Shown here in pieces: positions 1 through 11,276 of a DNA stretch of 64,000 bases (position 1 is the stretch's first letter; the number at the start of each line of letters is the position of its first letter). The stretch comes from Massalongia carnosa (taxonomy: Eukaryota), in contig OZ287085.1 in the NCBI GenBank assembly GCA_965645245.1, positions 1,364,001 to 1,428,000 of the forward strand, read 5' to 3'. The notes beneath the pieces were generated by a model. That model searched no databases and was not told the DNA's origin. It saw only the letters and a program-made list of their open reading frames with translations. The translations under genes were made by a program, and so were the position numbers.

Positions 1-1117
1 ATAACGTTAAGGCTGTTGGAGGCTCGATGCACCTAAATAAAGCCCGTCATGTGAATTCAAAAGAAGTTCCACATCAAAGAACTGTGATGATTAAATCACT
101 AAATTTATACATTGTAAAATTGAGCTTTATAGAATTGTTCTTTTAACATCAAGCTGTTTGTATAAAGGTTTTGAAGCAGTAATATTGAAGTGTTATTTTT
201 TGAAAAATCTCTAAAACCTTTGCATTTCTAGACATTTGACGGTCTCGCTTGGTTTGATATGAAACTTTTTTTGGCCCCGCGTGCCCGTATTCTAAGCAAC
301 AGGTATGTTATGCCCTTAGCGGTTAATACATCAAGATTTAGTACGCGTATGAAGATACATGACATGTAACTGTTCAACCAAGTATGTAAATCGACTCTAT
401 CTACTGGGTTCCTATTCTTCTGATTTGAATTTTATCGAGCATGTTTGATATATATTCACATAATTCGTTTATCAAGAAAATTCAAAAATCGATTCGATAG
501 TTAATAGTAATACTAAAATCTGCGCGATATTTTGAAAAGCGTGGAAAAAAACATGAATCTTAATAAATGAAGAAATGTTGAAAAATTTAATAAAAAGCAT
601 AAAAAGAATAATTAAAACGGGCATTCAATCGAGAAAATGATTTACGATAATATAATAAAAATATATTTCTCAATTCAAATTTCTTGTTAAAATATATGTA
701 AGTATCTTAAGAAATTTCAAGACATCAAAATAACAACTTGACGGTTGATAATTCAAAGTAGTGAAGGAATAAAAAGTTGATGAGGAGGCTGTTGGAAACT
801 TTTGACCTAGTGCTGTCCTGTGCTCTAGCCCCACTTTATTCGGATTCGCCGGCTTTAATAATCACAAGTTAGTGCTTACTGTAGTTAGGGTTACAACGTG
901 CCGCGAATAGACATAAATAACATACTCGGAAGCAATGCACTGTCATCCTGACTCCCTCCCCCTTACCTCATAGGTCGAATATTGAAGAGCTCTAGAGCGA
1001 TGTCATAAATTCAATAACACAAGCCCCATCCTCTCCAACTCCCAAATTCAAACATCCATCCCAGATTAGAAGAAGAAGACCTACAAGTATCCCTAATCAG
1101 AAAAGAAATTGGTCAAG

Positions 1118-2325
1118 ATGACTCTAATCGGCTCTGTCCTCCGCCAGTTTGTCTCAATCCCCTCGCTCCCCTTGACTCTCAGCCTCGGAGGCCAAACGGT
1201 CCTGATTACGGGCGGTAACACTGGTTTGGGGCTGGCCACGGCGCGCAAGTGCGTCGGACTAGGCGCCGAGCGAGTGATTCTGGCAGTGCGTAGCATGGCC
1301 AAGGGCGACACGGCAAAGACCTCAATCCAGCAGTCGCACCCATCATCACTGACCAAGATCGACGTTTGGGACGTGGACCTACAGTCCTTCGAGTCCGTCC
1401 TGGCGATAGGGAAACGTGCAGCCTCCCTCCCGCGGCTAGACGTCGCGCTACTCAATGCGGGCGTGTTCAAGTTCGAATGGTCAACGTCAACGAACGGCTT
1501 CGAGACGGGCCTCCAGGTGAACCACCTCGCCACGGCGCTGCTCGCGCTCACGCTGCTCCCGACGCTTAAGAAGACCGCCAGGGACGTAGGGCGGCCATCG
1601 CGCCTGACCTTCACCTCGGCCGAGACGCACATGTTCACCAAGTTTGTAGAGCAATCGGCGGAGAATTCGATTAGGCAGCTAAACAAGGAGGACCTGTATA
1701 AGGACGCCATGGACCGGTACTGCGTCACTAAGCTGCTGAACGTATTCTGGGCAAGGGAGCTCGCGTCACGCACGCCGCAAAGCGAGGTGATCGTGAATTA
1801 CTTTAATCCGGGCGCTGTAGACACGGGGTACGTCTGGAATATCCGCTCTAAGTCCTCTCGGAATGCTGTCCTCCTTTAGAGATGGCATTGCGGATAATCC
1901 TACCTCGTCGAACACAAAAGAAAAAGAAGAAAAAAAAAAGGAATACTAACCTCGCGTTTGAACTTACTAGAATTCACAGGGACGGGAATTTCCTCATCCG
2001 CAAGTTTGACCAGTACATAGGGCGCTCCGTCGAGGAGGGCGCTAGCCTCGCGCTCAACGCCCTCTTCGTCCAGGGTCCGGAAAGCCACGGCGAGTACATG
2101 AGCGAGGGGAAGATCAAGCCGTAAGTTTTTGACACCCCCCTGCACATCCATCCTACGTAGGGAGTACTACGCTGATGATACTGTTTAAAAAGGCCTTCGG
2201 ATCTCGTCACTAGTGAAAAGGGCACCAACCTCCAGAAGAAGATGTGGGCCGAGACCGAGGACGTCCTAAAGAGATATGCCCCAGTGACAGCGACGGGGGA
2301 GTTGGGCGATATCTTTCAGGTCTAA
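1118..2325 (+). CDS. Short-chain dehydrogenase/reductase (retinol-DH/WWOX-like SDR); exons 1118-1827, 1971-2120, 2193-2325
   Basis: TGGNTGLG Rossmann motif, LLNAG, VNHLA and catalytic YCVTK. Intron 1828-1970 (GTACGT..TACTAAC..TAG) and intron 2121-2192 (GTAAGT..GCTGAT..AAG) give a continuous frame ending ...DIFQV*. Confidence 0.92.
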
Positions 2326-3034
2326 AGAACGGACAGTTGGGCAGTAGTCCTGAAGCACCTGGCGTGGGCAAAGAGCGAGAGAGAGAGAGAGCGCGTCGTG
2401 ATATTTGTGCCTCGCTCGCGGGTTAGCGGTGCATTTGATGAATGAGCCGCGCTATTCACGACTACTCCAAGAAGGGTGCGGCGAGGATTCTAGTGCGTCT
2501 GGGTTTGTTTTATCTCGTAACGACTCAATACGTACATGGTAATAGAGCAATTGAGATTTGGATCCTTACGCTTTTCTCCTCTTTCTGTGTAATGTGAAAC
2601 ATGGGTGGATGGATAGGAAAGTGTGTTGGTACTTTGTCGGCGCCATGGCGATGGAAGGACATTCCGCCCAAGTAGGTTACGCGGACGGAATGTTCATAGG
2701 GTCGATAAGCAGAGTGCGGGCTCGTCATGGTTTTTGAATTGCGTATAGAGAATAGAGGTCTACCCCCTCGGGGTAGGGCCTGTTATTCTGGAGAATATTA
2801 AGAGAGCGGTCACACGCTGCGTCTATCTAATAAATGATTTTTCTGTACAATGGTTGAAAGAGTGTTTTCTTTCCGCTTTTTTGAAGACAACGTTTAACCC
2901 AGGACAGTTATACAATCTCGAAACTAAACCGAGGAAAGGATGTACGATGTCCCTTCCAGACAGGATCCCTTCATAAATTAAAGATGAATCACCTTGCCAC
3001 TCTACCCATTCAAGCCTCTCACCCTCCGCGCTCC

Positions 3035-4990
3035 TCAGACGGCTCTGGCCGTGGGCGTCTTGCCCTTCAGATTCACCCACTTGGCACCGGCCGCAAACAG
3101 CATGCCGATGCCCGCGCCCGCGATGGCGAGAGCAAAGACGACATGCACGCCGTCCATCTCGGCTTGTATGATTCCCGGCACGACATCAGCCGGAAACGAC
3201 GAGCGGATTTCCGTTGCACCGATATTGATGACGGATTGTGGGCTGACGCTGGGTGCGGTGGTCCGCAATGTCCGGATCAGCGTGTTCGCATAGGCGGCCT
3301 CGGCCGCGCCGACGAACAGCGCGCCGCCAATGGTCTGCGCGAAGAGCATCAGGGCCGTCGAGGTGGTGATGTCCCCGGGCTCACTTAGGGCTTGGCCGAC
3401 GATAATGGGAAGCTGGATGCCGGCCCCGAACCCGATGCCCGCGATGATCTGGTATCCGATCCAGTGTCCGGCCGAGGAGTTGATGTCCAGAGTGTAGATC
3501 AGGCCCGCGCCCAGGGTCGACATCATGCCCGCAACGAGGAGCCAAGATATGTAGTGGCCCGTCACGGAGATGAGGCTCCCCGAGACGATAGTCGTTAGCA
3601 CAACACTGATGATGAGGGGCAGGTTGCGGACGCCACTTTGAGACGCGCTGACGCCGGATACCACCTGGAAATAGATCGGTAGGTAGTATAGGATGGTAAA
3701 CCAACTGCCACCGAAAAAGAACATAAAGCCCATGCTGTTCCAGATATAGCGCTTCTTGAAGAGCCGAGGAGGGATAATACTGCGCTCGTCCTGAAAATAT
3801 GCACTGACAATGAAGAGGATAATGATCAGAACGCCGCCCACGAGGGTGCCGATGACAGCCGAGTTGCTCCAGGAATGTGTTTGACCACCCCACTAGCAAT
3901 TGTCAATGGACATGGACAGCCGATTGGGATCGGTGCCTTACCTGGAACGCGAGGACATAGCACGCAATCGCCGCCATAACTATGAAGGTTCCTGGGAGGT
4001 CGATCTGGAGAAACTTCTGCTTTAGATTGGCTTGGACCGGAGCAGCTCGTTTCGGGGCCTTGAAGGTGAAGAGAATGATCGCAGCAGCCACACCTGCCAG
4101 CACATTAGTTCGAGGAACGATCAACGGCCCAATATACTTACCGCCAATCGGCAGATTTATGTAGAAACACCTAATAAGCTTTGAGTTATTATTTGCTTAT
4201 CCCCCAAAAAGTCGACATCTATCGGACGAGTTGAGTAGGTGAGATAAGAAAATCCGTTAGAAGACCGAGGAAGAAAGATAAAGCTCACCATCTCCAGGTG
4301 GCCTTCTCGGCAAAGACCCCGCCCAGCAAGGGGCCGACAACCGATGCGATCCCGTACGACGTGCCCAAGAGCCCGGTATAGGCGGCGCGTTGATTCGGCG
4401 GCGCGCAGAAGGCGATGATGGTGTACGCCCCAGAGCCCAGTCCGGCGGCGCCCATCCCTGCAATCGCGCGGCCGAGAATCAGGACGGTACTGTTGGGCGC
4501 GACGCCGCAGATAAGACTGCCCACCTCAAACACGAAGATGGCCAGGAGGAAGCCCGGCTTGAGAGGAAAATACTTGTAGATCTTGCCAAAAGTTGATTGG
4601 AAGGCGCCGATGGTCAGGAAGAAGCCGCTGGCGTACCAGCCCACCTGGTCGAGGCGGTGGAACTGGTCCGTGATCTTGGGGATGGCCGTCGCGACGATGG
4701 TCTGGTCGAGTGACACCTGATTTTTGTGTCAGTATAGATGAATGACGAATATCGTATGAATATCGTATGAATCGTGGCGTCGATCGCATGGATGCGCATA
4801 CCAAGAAAACACAGAGCAATAATGCTGTAACGATGAAAAAGAGGCCCCTGGCAGACAGGTCCTCTTCCTCGCCATCTCCCTCGTTTCCCACCAGCTCTAG
4901 TTTCGTTTCCTTGCTCGTGGACTCTGGTGGTGATTCTGTCCCGATCATCTCCTCGCCTTTCTCATCCACATCAGGGTGTTGCTCGGCCAT
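3035..4990 (-). CDS. MFS drug:H+ antiporter (DHA2/14-TMS, AflT/GliA-like toxin efflux type); introns 4717-4801, 4171-4288, 4094-4141, 3893-3941
   Basis: Motifs [53 protein letters not shown] and YYLPIYFQ. Four canonical introns restore one frame from ATG 4990 (MAEQHPD) to the stop at 3035. Confidence 0.92.
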
Positions 4991-5785
4991 GTTGAATGAG
5001 ATAACCACGCCCACTGATGATCAGACGCCGTCTTGGATGCTCTTCGAGGGACGAGGGAGTAAGAAGAGAATAGCGTTTTCTCAGTATGTGCGTCTTCTCC
5101 AGTGCGTCTCCATTTCTCTGCTCGAAGAAGGGATAAGAGGAAGAGGTAGGAAGCAAAAGAGCTCACCTCTTCCTCCACGGCAGACGGATCGTGAATCATC
5201 CGTGCGGCCGACAATACCATACCGTCTATTTCGTACAGCCCCGAGAATGGCTCCGGTAAAAAGAGTCGTGGATTACTCTTTGTTGGGGAGACCATCTCGG
5301 GGAAGACTGTACAGTCATGATTACTATACGAAGTACATACGCCCGTTCGCAAACTATGACGTGCCGAACCTTAACCCCGAAACTGCACTAGTCGTCGGGA
5401 TAGGATACTCGATCTACATAGTATCGTAAATTGAATACGGATGAATAACGGTAAAATAAAGAAAATAAGCGACAGAATTGCATCTCACATCAGAATTTAG
5501 TGCCGTAGCTTAATGGCCCTCCCTTTCACACCGCCTTTTGCAGTCTGTAGAATAAATGACATGTAATGTTTCAGGTAGATCTTTATTCTTACCTCGTGGT
5601 TTCAAAAGCAAACATGAGACGATCGTATACTCAGCATCATATATTCAGCATCATCAAACGTCAGGCTATGAAGTTCAGACTGAAATCAGGTAAAGATGAT
5701 AACACGGTCATAACGGCTGCTGGTGTCAGCATCCGACAATTACGTAAGACGAGACGTAATTGAGAACGGTTCAATGAAGGTTGCA

Positions 5786-5845
5786 AACCCTCAGCTTGCT
5801 AAACCTCAGCTTGCTCAACCTCAGCTTGCTAAACCTTAGCTTGCT
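5786..5845. repeat. Tandem repeat, 4 x 15 bp (consensus AAACCTCAGCTTGCT)
   Basis: Units at 5786, 5801, 5816 and 5831 read directly; lies in the MFS/P450 divergent intergenic region. Confidence 0.9.
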
Positions 5846-6404
5846 GCTGCTGGCCGGCGCGAGAAGTTGAAATCAACAACAAATTGTCGCGTATTTGTTT
5901 ATTTTAACCGCGCAGTCTCGGGGTTCAAAGTTCGGCGCGCCTTAGTTTGCAACCGGGCGTAATACAAGCTCCAGATTAACTCGGCATCAGGGATTTCGGG
6001 TATCCAACCTGACGAGTTAGACATGCTACTACACAATCGGCGTCTAGTTGCCATTAACACCTCCCCGCGTCTTGCAGCGCGGAAGACCTTCCAAATGCCC
6101 CGTACTGTACACCTGCGTATCCACACTCCTTCTGCTCCAATTCCCCGAGACCCCTGAAACTTGGCCTAATATTATAGACGCATTGCTTCGTAGTGCTGAC
6201 GAGCAACGTGCGGACCACATTAGCAAGAGGCAATCAAAAAAAGATCTGAAATCTGTTCGGCATTTTTGACTTCTCAAAAATCTTTGCTATTGAGGGCCTC
6301 GGTGCCCGTTCAGATCATGAACCACCAGCCCACATCCCTTATAACACAAACGAACAAGCTCCTCCGTACACCCCCTTAACCCCCTCCTCCAAACCCACCA
6401 CAAT

Positions 6405-8232
6405 ATGGCAAATCTTGAAGATCTTACAACTTACTTGGCGCTCAAGCCGACATCGTTTTTGGCGATTGGCGGATCGCTGGCACTCGCTCTGCTCTACGCA
6501 TTATACCTGCGCGCCTTGCCCAGACCGATTCCGGGCATCCCATACAATGTGGAGTCCTCCCAGCGTCTCCTGGGTGATCTCCCTCACTTCTTCGCGCTCG
6601 AGAAGGCGGGGCGACGGATCATGGAGTTCTGGGCCAACGTGAGTCGGCAGCAACAGTCGCCCATTACGCAGTATTTCGCCGGGCCTTTCACCAAACCGGT
6701 CGTAATCATCTCGGATTTTCGAGAAGCGAAGGATCTTCTGCTCAGACGAGGAAAGCTGCTGGACCATGGGACCCTCAACACTGGCTTGTGGTATGGCGCC
6801 ATCCCTCATCATTTCGTAGGGATGCCCTCGAGCGATCCCAGATATGCGAAATCCAAAAATCTGTCCAACGATCTTATGACGCCGAGTTTTCTGCACAATG
6901 TAAGCTCTCGATGAATGCATCTCGTGGAATTTTACGCTCACGGATTCAAAGGTCTCAATCCCCGCCTCCTATCAAAAAACGTTGAACTTTATCAACCTCT
7001 GGCAGCTCAAAGCACAGATCGCCAACGAGCACCCGTTTATCGCCCTAGAGGATTTCAACTTCCTCACGAGCGACATCATCTGTGCAGCTGCGTTGGGCAT
7101 CTCGGACGACGACAGCGACACGGTGAAGCACTACAAGCGTTTGCAAGCAGCTAATCTCCCCAAGGGACTGCCGACACCGCAAGATCAGGTCTATCCGTTC
7201 CCCGAGTATATGGCCACTGGTCTCCTCGAGGCCACTCACCTGATCGCCGATAGCATCACTGGTGCTCGTACGGCATCAATGCCAAAGCTTTACTGGTTCT
7301 TCACCAACCTGAGACCCTCCGTAAGCAAGGCCCAGCGGACACGGACCCGCATCATGCAGAGCTATATCGACCAGGCTAGCCAGACCACAGCTCAGACCGC
7401 ATCCGGGACGCAGTACCGCGCCGCTGTTGACTACATAGTGTCTCGTGAGATCACGGCGGCGAGGAAGGAAGGCCGACCGCCAACACTCACCTCGCGCGTG
7501 ATTCACGACTCTCTCTTTGGATACGTGCTGGGTGGGCAAAGCACCACACACAGCGTCCTGTGCTTCATGATCAAACGCCTCGGCGTGCGCCAGGACGTAC
7601 AGAGCATGCTGCGTGCACATCTCTACAAGGCGTACGCGGCAGCCTCTGGTGAGGGACGCAACCCGACCGTCGAAGAATTCCTCGCGATGCGCATCCCCTA
7701 CCTCGACGCCGTCATCGAGGAGACCATGCGGCTCAACGTCACCGCGCCCGTGCTGATCCGCGAGGCCCTGCAAGACCTGGAATTCCTGGGCCACACGATC
7801 CCCAAGGGCACGAACATCTTCTGTACGTTGTGGGGCCCATCGTTCGATGAGCCAGCCTTCGACATCGACGAAAAGCTGCGCAGCAAGTCGTCGCAGGCGC
7901 ACCGCGACGAGACACCCGGCGACTGGACGCGCAGCGGCTTCGCGCCCGCCGAGTTTTACCCAGAGCGCTGGCTGCGCAGGGAAGGGGACACTGTCGTCTT
8001 CGACATTAAGAACGGCCCCACGCTAGGCTTGGGAGCCGGGTCGAGGGAGTGCTGGGGCAAGCGGCTGGCGTACCACGAGCTCAGGCTGATCGCTACTCTC
8101 ATCATCTGGAATTTCGACCTCCTCCCGCTGCCGGCGGAGCTGCTGGACACGGAGGTCGTGGATTTCTTCGTGGCCAAGCCTAAGACATGCTTTGTGAGGC
8201 TGCGGAACTGCTCGCCGAAGTCAGGCGCGTAA
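6405..8232 (+). CDS. Cytochrome P450 monooxygenase (resembles the TRI13/CYP526-like group); exons 6405-6899, 6952-8232
   Basis: N-terminal TM anchor then LPRPIPGIPYN, EETMR (ExxR), PERW and heme motif LGAGSRECWG. Intron 6900-6951 (GTAAGC..GCTCAC..AAG) joins the two ORFs in frame. The family assignment is from recalled motifs only. Confidence 0.92.
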
Positions 8233-9078
8233 GGGATATTAGATGAGACATCTAGTTTTAGTTGTATGTTTGAAGCAAGCTAGGCCTGTCGATTAGTCTA
8301 TAAGAAAGAAAATGCTTTGTTTTTTACCAATAATGCACTTGATAAGCAAATGTTGTGAATATTATATTTAACACGACAATTCTATTTAAGTAATCGTCGC
8401 TCTCAACACTATATAATGTAAATTAAAAGTTTAAAAAGAAAATAATATCCGTGCCACCCACATCGCTCGATTCGCCTCGCTTAGAACCGAGCGATGTGAG
8501 ATTATCATTATATTACAACCAGTAGTCATATGACTAGTATAAATTGTAACTACTATTGGACTAGAAATCTTAAATCTACTACTTTATGATACTAATTAAT
8601 CAAAACAAAATAATATAATAATCTGTTAGGTTATCATAGGTGTAAACTCTACGGTTCTTCAAGACATATACCTCAGAGAAATATATCAGACAGACATATT
8701 TGCTTATAGAATATCCTTATTCTAGCTCTTTAACAGACAGTATTTAATCTTATCTAGGATTTGTTGGAATACTCGCTTAGCCCCATTAGTTCTAGCTCAG
8801 CCCTGCAGTCACCTCCGTAGTAATTTCAACATTATGCCGTCAACTGTTTATTTAACAGGATTTCACATATGCGTTTTACTTCTACCTAGGTATTGCTGAT
8901 TATCACTTTGATAAAAGAAGAGACTACTGTATTAGTTGTATATGTGTTACCTTGACATTCATCTCTAATCTATATATCTTAGACTTCTTCTAGCTTGGAC
9001 ATCTAAGAATAGATATATACTAATCAGCTACTCTATAATTAACATAACAAAACCACATGGTCTAGGAATTCTAAGTCT

Positions 9079-10683
9079 TTAGTCGTCGGCTTTCAATGTA
9101 AGGAACTTCTCGTCCATCTCCCCTAGTAACTTCGACACGTCCGTGTCGCAAGCCTTCCACTCGCGCGTCACCACTTCCCGGCTGTTAGGTGTGCGCGGCA
9201 TGAACTTGACCTTGAAGGGCGCTGGCGGTACGGTGAAGGTGTGGCGGAGTTCCGCCGTCGGGTCCACGGGCGCGCCTTCGACCTCCAAGAAGTCAAATGC
9301 CCAGAGCAGGCGCGCCATCTGCATGTACATGCCATCCTCGGCGACGCGCTTGCCTGCGCAGGAACGGCGACCGTAGCCAAAAACGGGGGTTGGGAGATCG
9401 TTGCGCAGATCGTTCTTCTTGTCGTCGCGGTTGGTGAACCATCGCTCTGGCACGAACTCCTCGACGTCGTCGCCAAAGTACTTGGTGTCGCGGTTGATGC
9501 CCCACGCGTTGGGCATGATGAGCGCGTTGGCCGGGATGAGGAAGCCATTGTACATGTCGTCTTTCTCGACGCGGTGCGGGATCGAGTCTGCCATGATGGG
9601 GCGCCACCGCATCGTCTCGCGCAGGAAAGCATCGACGTAGGTCAGCTTGGGCCGGTCAATGAAGTTGGGCAGGCGGTCTGGGCCGACGACCTCGTCCAGC
9701 TGGGCCTGGGCCTTGCGGACGGCGGCGCGCTGCGTGATGGCTGCAACAATCACCCACATGAGCTCACGCGGGGACGTCTCGACGCCGCCGTAGACGTTGG
9801 TCTCGAGATTGACCTCCACTTCGCGGGGGGTTGAGCCCTCCTTCATCCCGATGGCATACGATTGCTTGGCTAGATTCCACCCGGGACGCTCCAGGGCCGT
9901 GATCATGTGGCCGTGGACCCAGGGGACGGTATACTGGCGCACCTTGGCCGCGGCCTTCTGGTAGGGCGACAGCATCTTGGGGAGGGACTTGAGGATAGGA
10001 AAGAAGTTGAGGAGCGTCTGGGACACGGCGATGGCGTTGGAGTCGTGCGAGCTTTTAAGGATGTTGACGAGGTTGGGATCTAGGTGGTGGGGGGTGCGGA
10101 AGCCATATGTCCCCCCAATCACAAAGCTGGTCTGGACGCGTTCAATGTGCTTGAAGAGGAGCTCGCTGTTCATGCCTGTAGTTCTGGCGGTCTTGTCCTG
10201 GAGGAGGTCGTTCAGGAGCTGGCACGTCTCGAGCTCCATGAGGCCGTGGAAACGAGGAGCATATGCGCCGGTCATGCCCGACTCGAGCATGCGCCGGTGC
10301 AGCTTGTACTGGGGGCCGTACTGCCGAGTGAGGATCAGCTTGCTCTCCCAGGCGTCGGATTCGTCCAATATCTCGATGAAGGGCAGCCTGGCACGGCCGC
10401 TGTAGTTGGCGAATCTCTTGACGATGAGGTCATGCGCCACATCGTGGGAGTTGATAATGATCAAGTTCAGGGGGCCGACCTTGACCGACGCCAGCGGGCC
10501 ATACCTCTGTCCGATTTTGTACCAGTACTTATGCTTGTCCTCTGCGACGGCACGCAGGTGGCCGATAAGGGGATATCCTCGAGGCCCCGGCGGCAGAGGG
10601 GCCTTCTTGCGTGAGGCAAGCCTCGAGATAATTAGTAACACGAGGATAGAGACAATGACCGTGGTAGGTAGAATCAGAGACAT
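9079..10683 (-). CDS. Cytochrome P450 monooxygenase (CYP64/OrdA-like group), intronless, 534 aa
   Basis: LPPGPRGYPLIGHL, I-helix GGVETS, ETMRWRP, PERW and heme motif FGYGRRSCAG. Confidence 0.95.
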   Translation of the reverse strand: MSLILPTTVIVSILVLLIISRLASRKKAPLPPGPRGYPLIGHLRAVAEDKHKYWYKIGQRYGPLASVKVGPLNLIIINSHDVAHDLIVKRFANYSGRARLPFIEILDESDAWESKLILTRQYGPQYKLHRRMLESGMTGAYAPRFHGLMELETCQLLNDLLQDKTARTTGMNSELLFKHIERVQTSFVIGGTYGFRTPHHLDPNLVNILKSSHDSNAIAVSQTLLNFFPILKSLPKMLSPYQKAAAKVRQYTVPWVHGHMITALERPGWNLAKQSYAIGMKEGSTPREVEVNLETNVYGGVETSPRELMWVIVAAITQRAAVRKAQAQLDEVVGPDRLPNFIDRPKLTYVDAFLRETMRWRPIMADSIPHRVEKDDMYNGFLIPANALIMPNAWGINRDTKYFGDDVEEFVPERWFTNRDDKKNDLRNDLPTPVFGYGRRSCAGKRVAEDGMYMQMARLLWAFDFLEVEGAPVDPTAELRHTFTVPPAPFKVKFMPRTPNSREVVTREWKACDTDVSKLLGEMDEKFLTLKADD

Positions 10684-11276
10684 GCTGCCAGGATAGCTTT
10701 TTTGGGAAGGAAAGAGAGAGATGCAGAAGTTGAAGAGGTCCTTTAGAGCTATGTTAAGCTTGAATCCAACCTCGCGGGCCGAGCGAGTTTATAAGCCACG
10801 CCGAAGGTGATGGTAAGATTACGCCGACCTTCCTTTATACCGTACATCTTGCACAGTGCTCTTTTCATCACCTTAGAGCAGGATGCCTCATCTCCCTCGG
10901 GGCTTCCCAGCTGAAAAAGGATGACTGTTCTATCTCACACTCAAGCTAGTGATATAGACCCGAATGCCCCGAAAGCCCCGTAAGCCCCGTAGATATTCTT
11001 GAAAGCCGCCCTGAGATTTATCATTTATCACTCTAAATATATATCTGACAGATAATGATTTCCAATCGGGCCTGTAGTGTTAGTGGCGAGGCACAACTAC
11101 TGTCATCCTCTCTGTCGCTGTATATATAATCACGAAGCTTCTCTCTTTAGCCCTCTATGTATAGTGATAGCCTGTATTTCTTATTCTCATCGGAGTAGAC
11201 TGTTTATTACCTACTAGATTCTCTTCTTGCCTCGATCCTCTACCTCTCTTCCGACAGTCGATCATTCACCTCACAT

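Noticed and set aside
1..800. Identifiable transposase in the AT-rich left end
   Set aside because: Only a faint QPLDV-like trace on the minus strand; too degenerate to support a family call.
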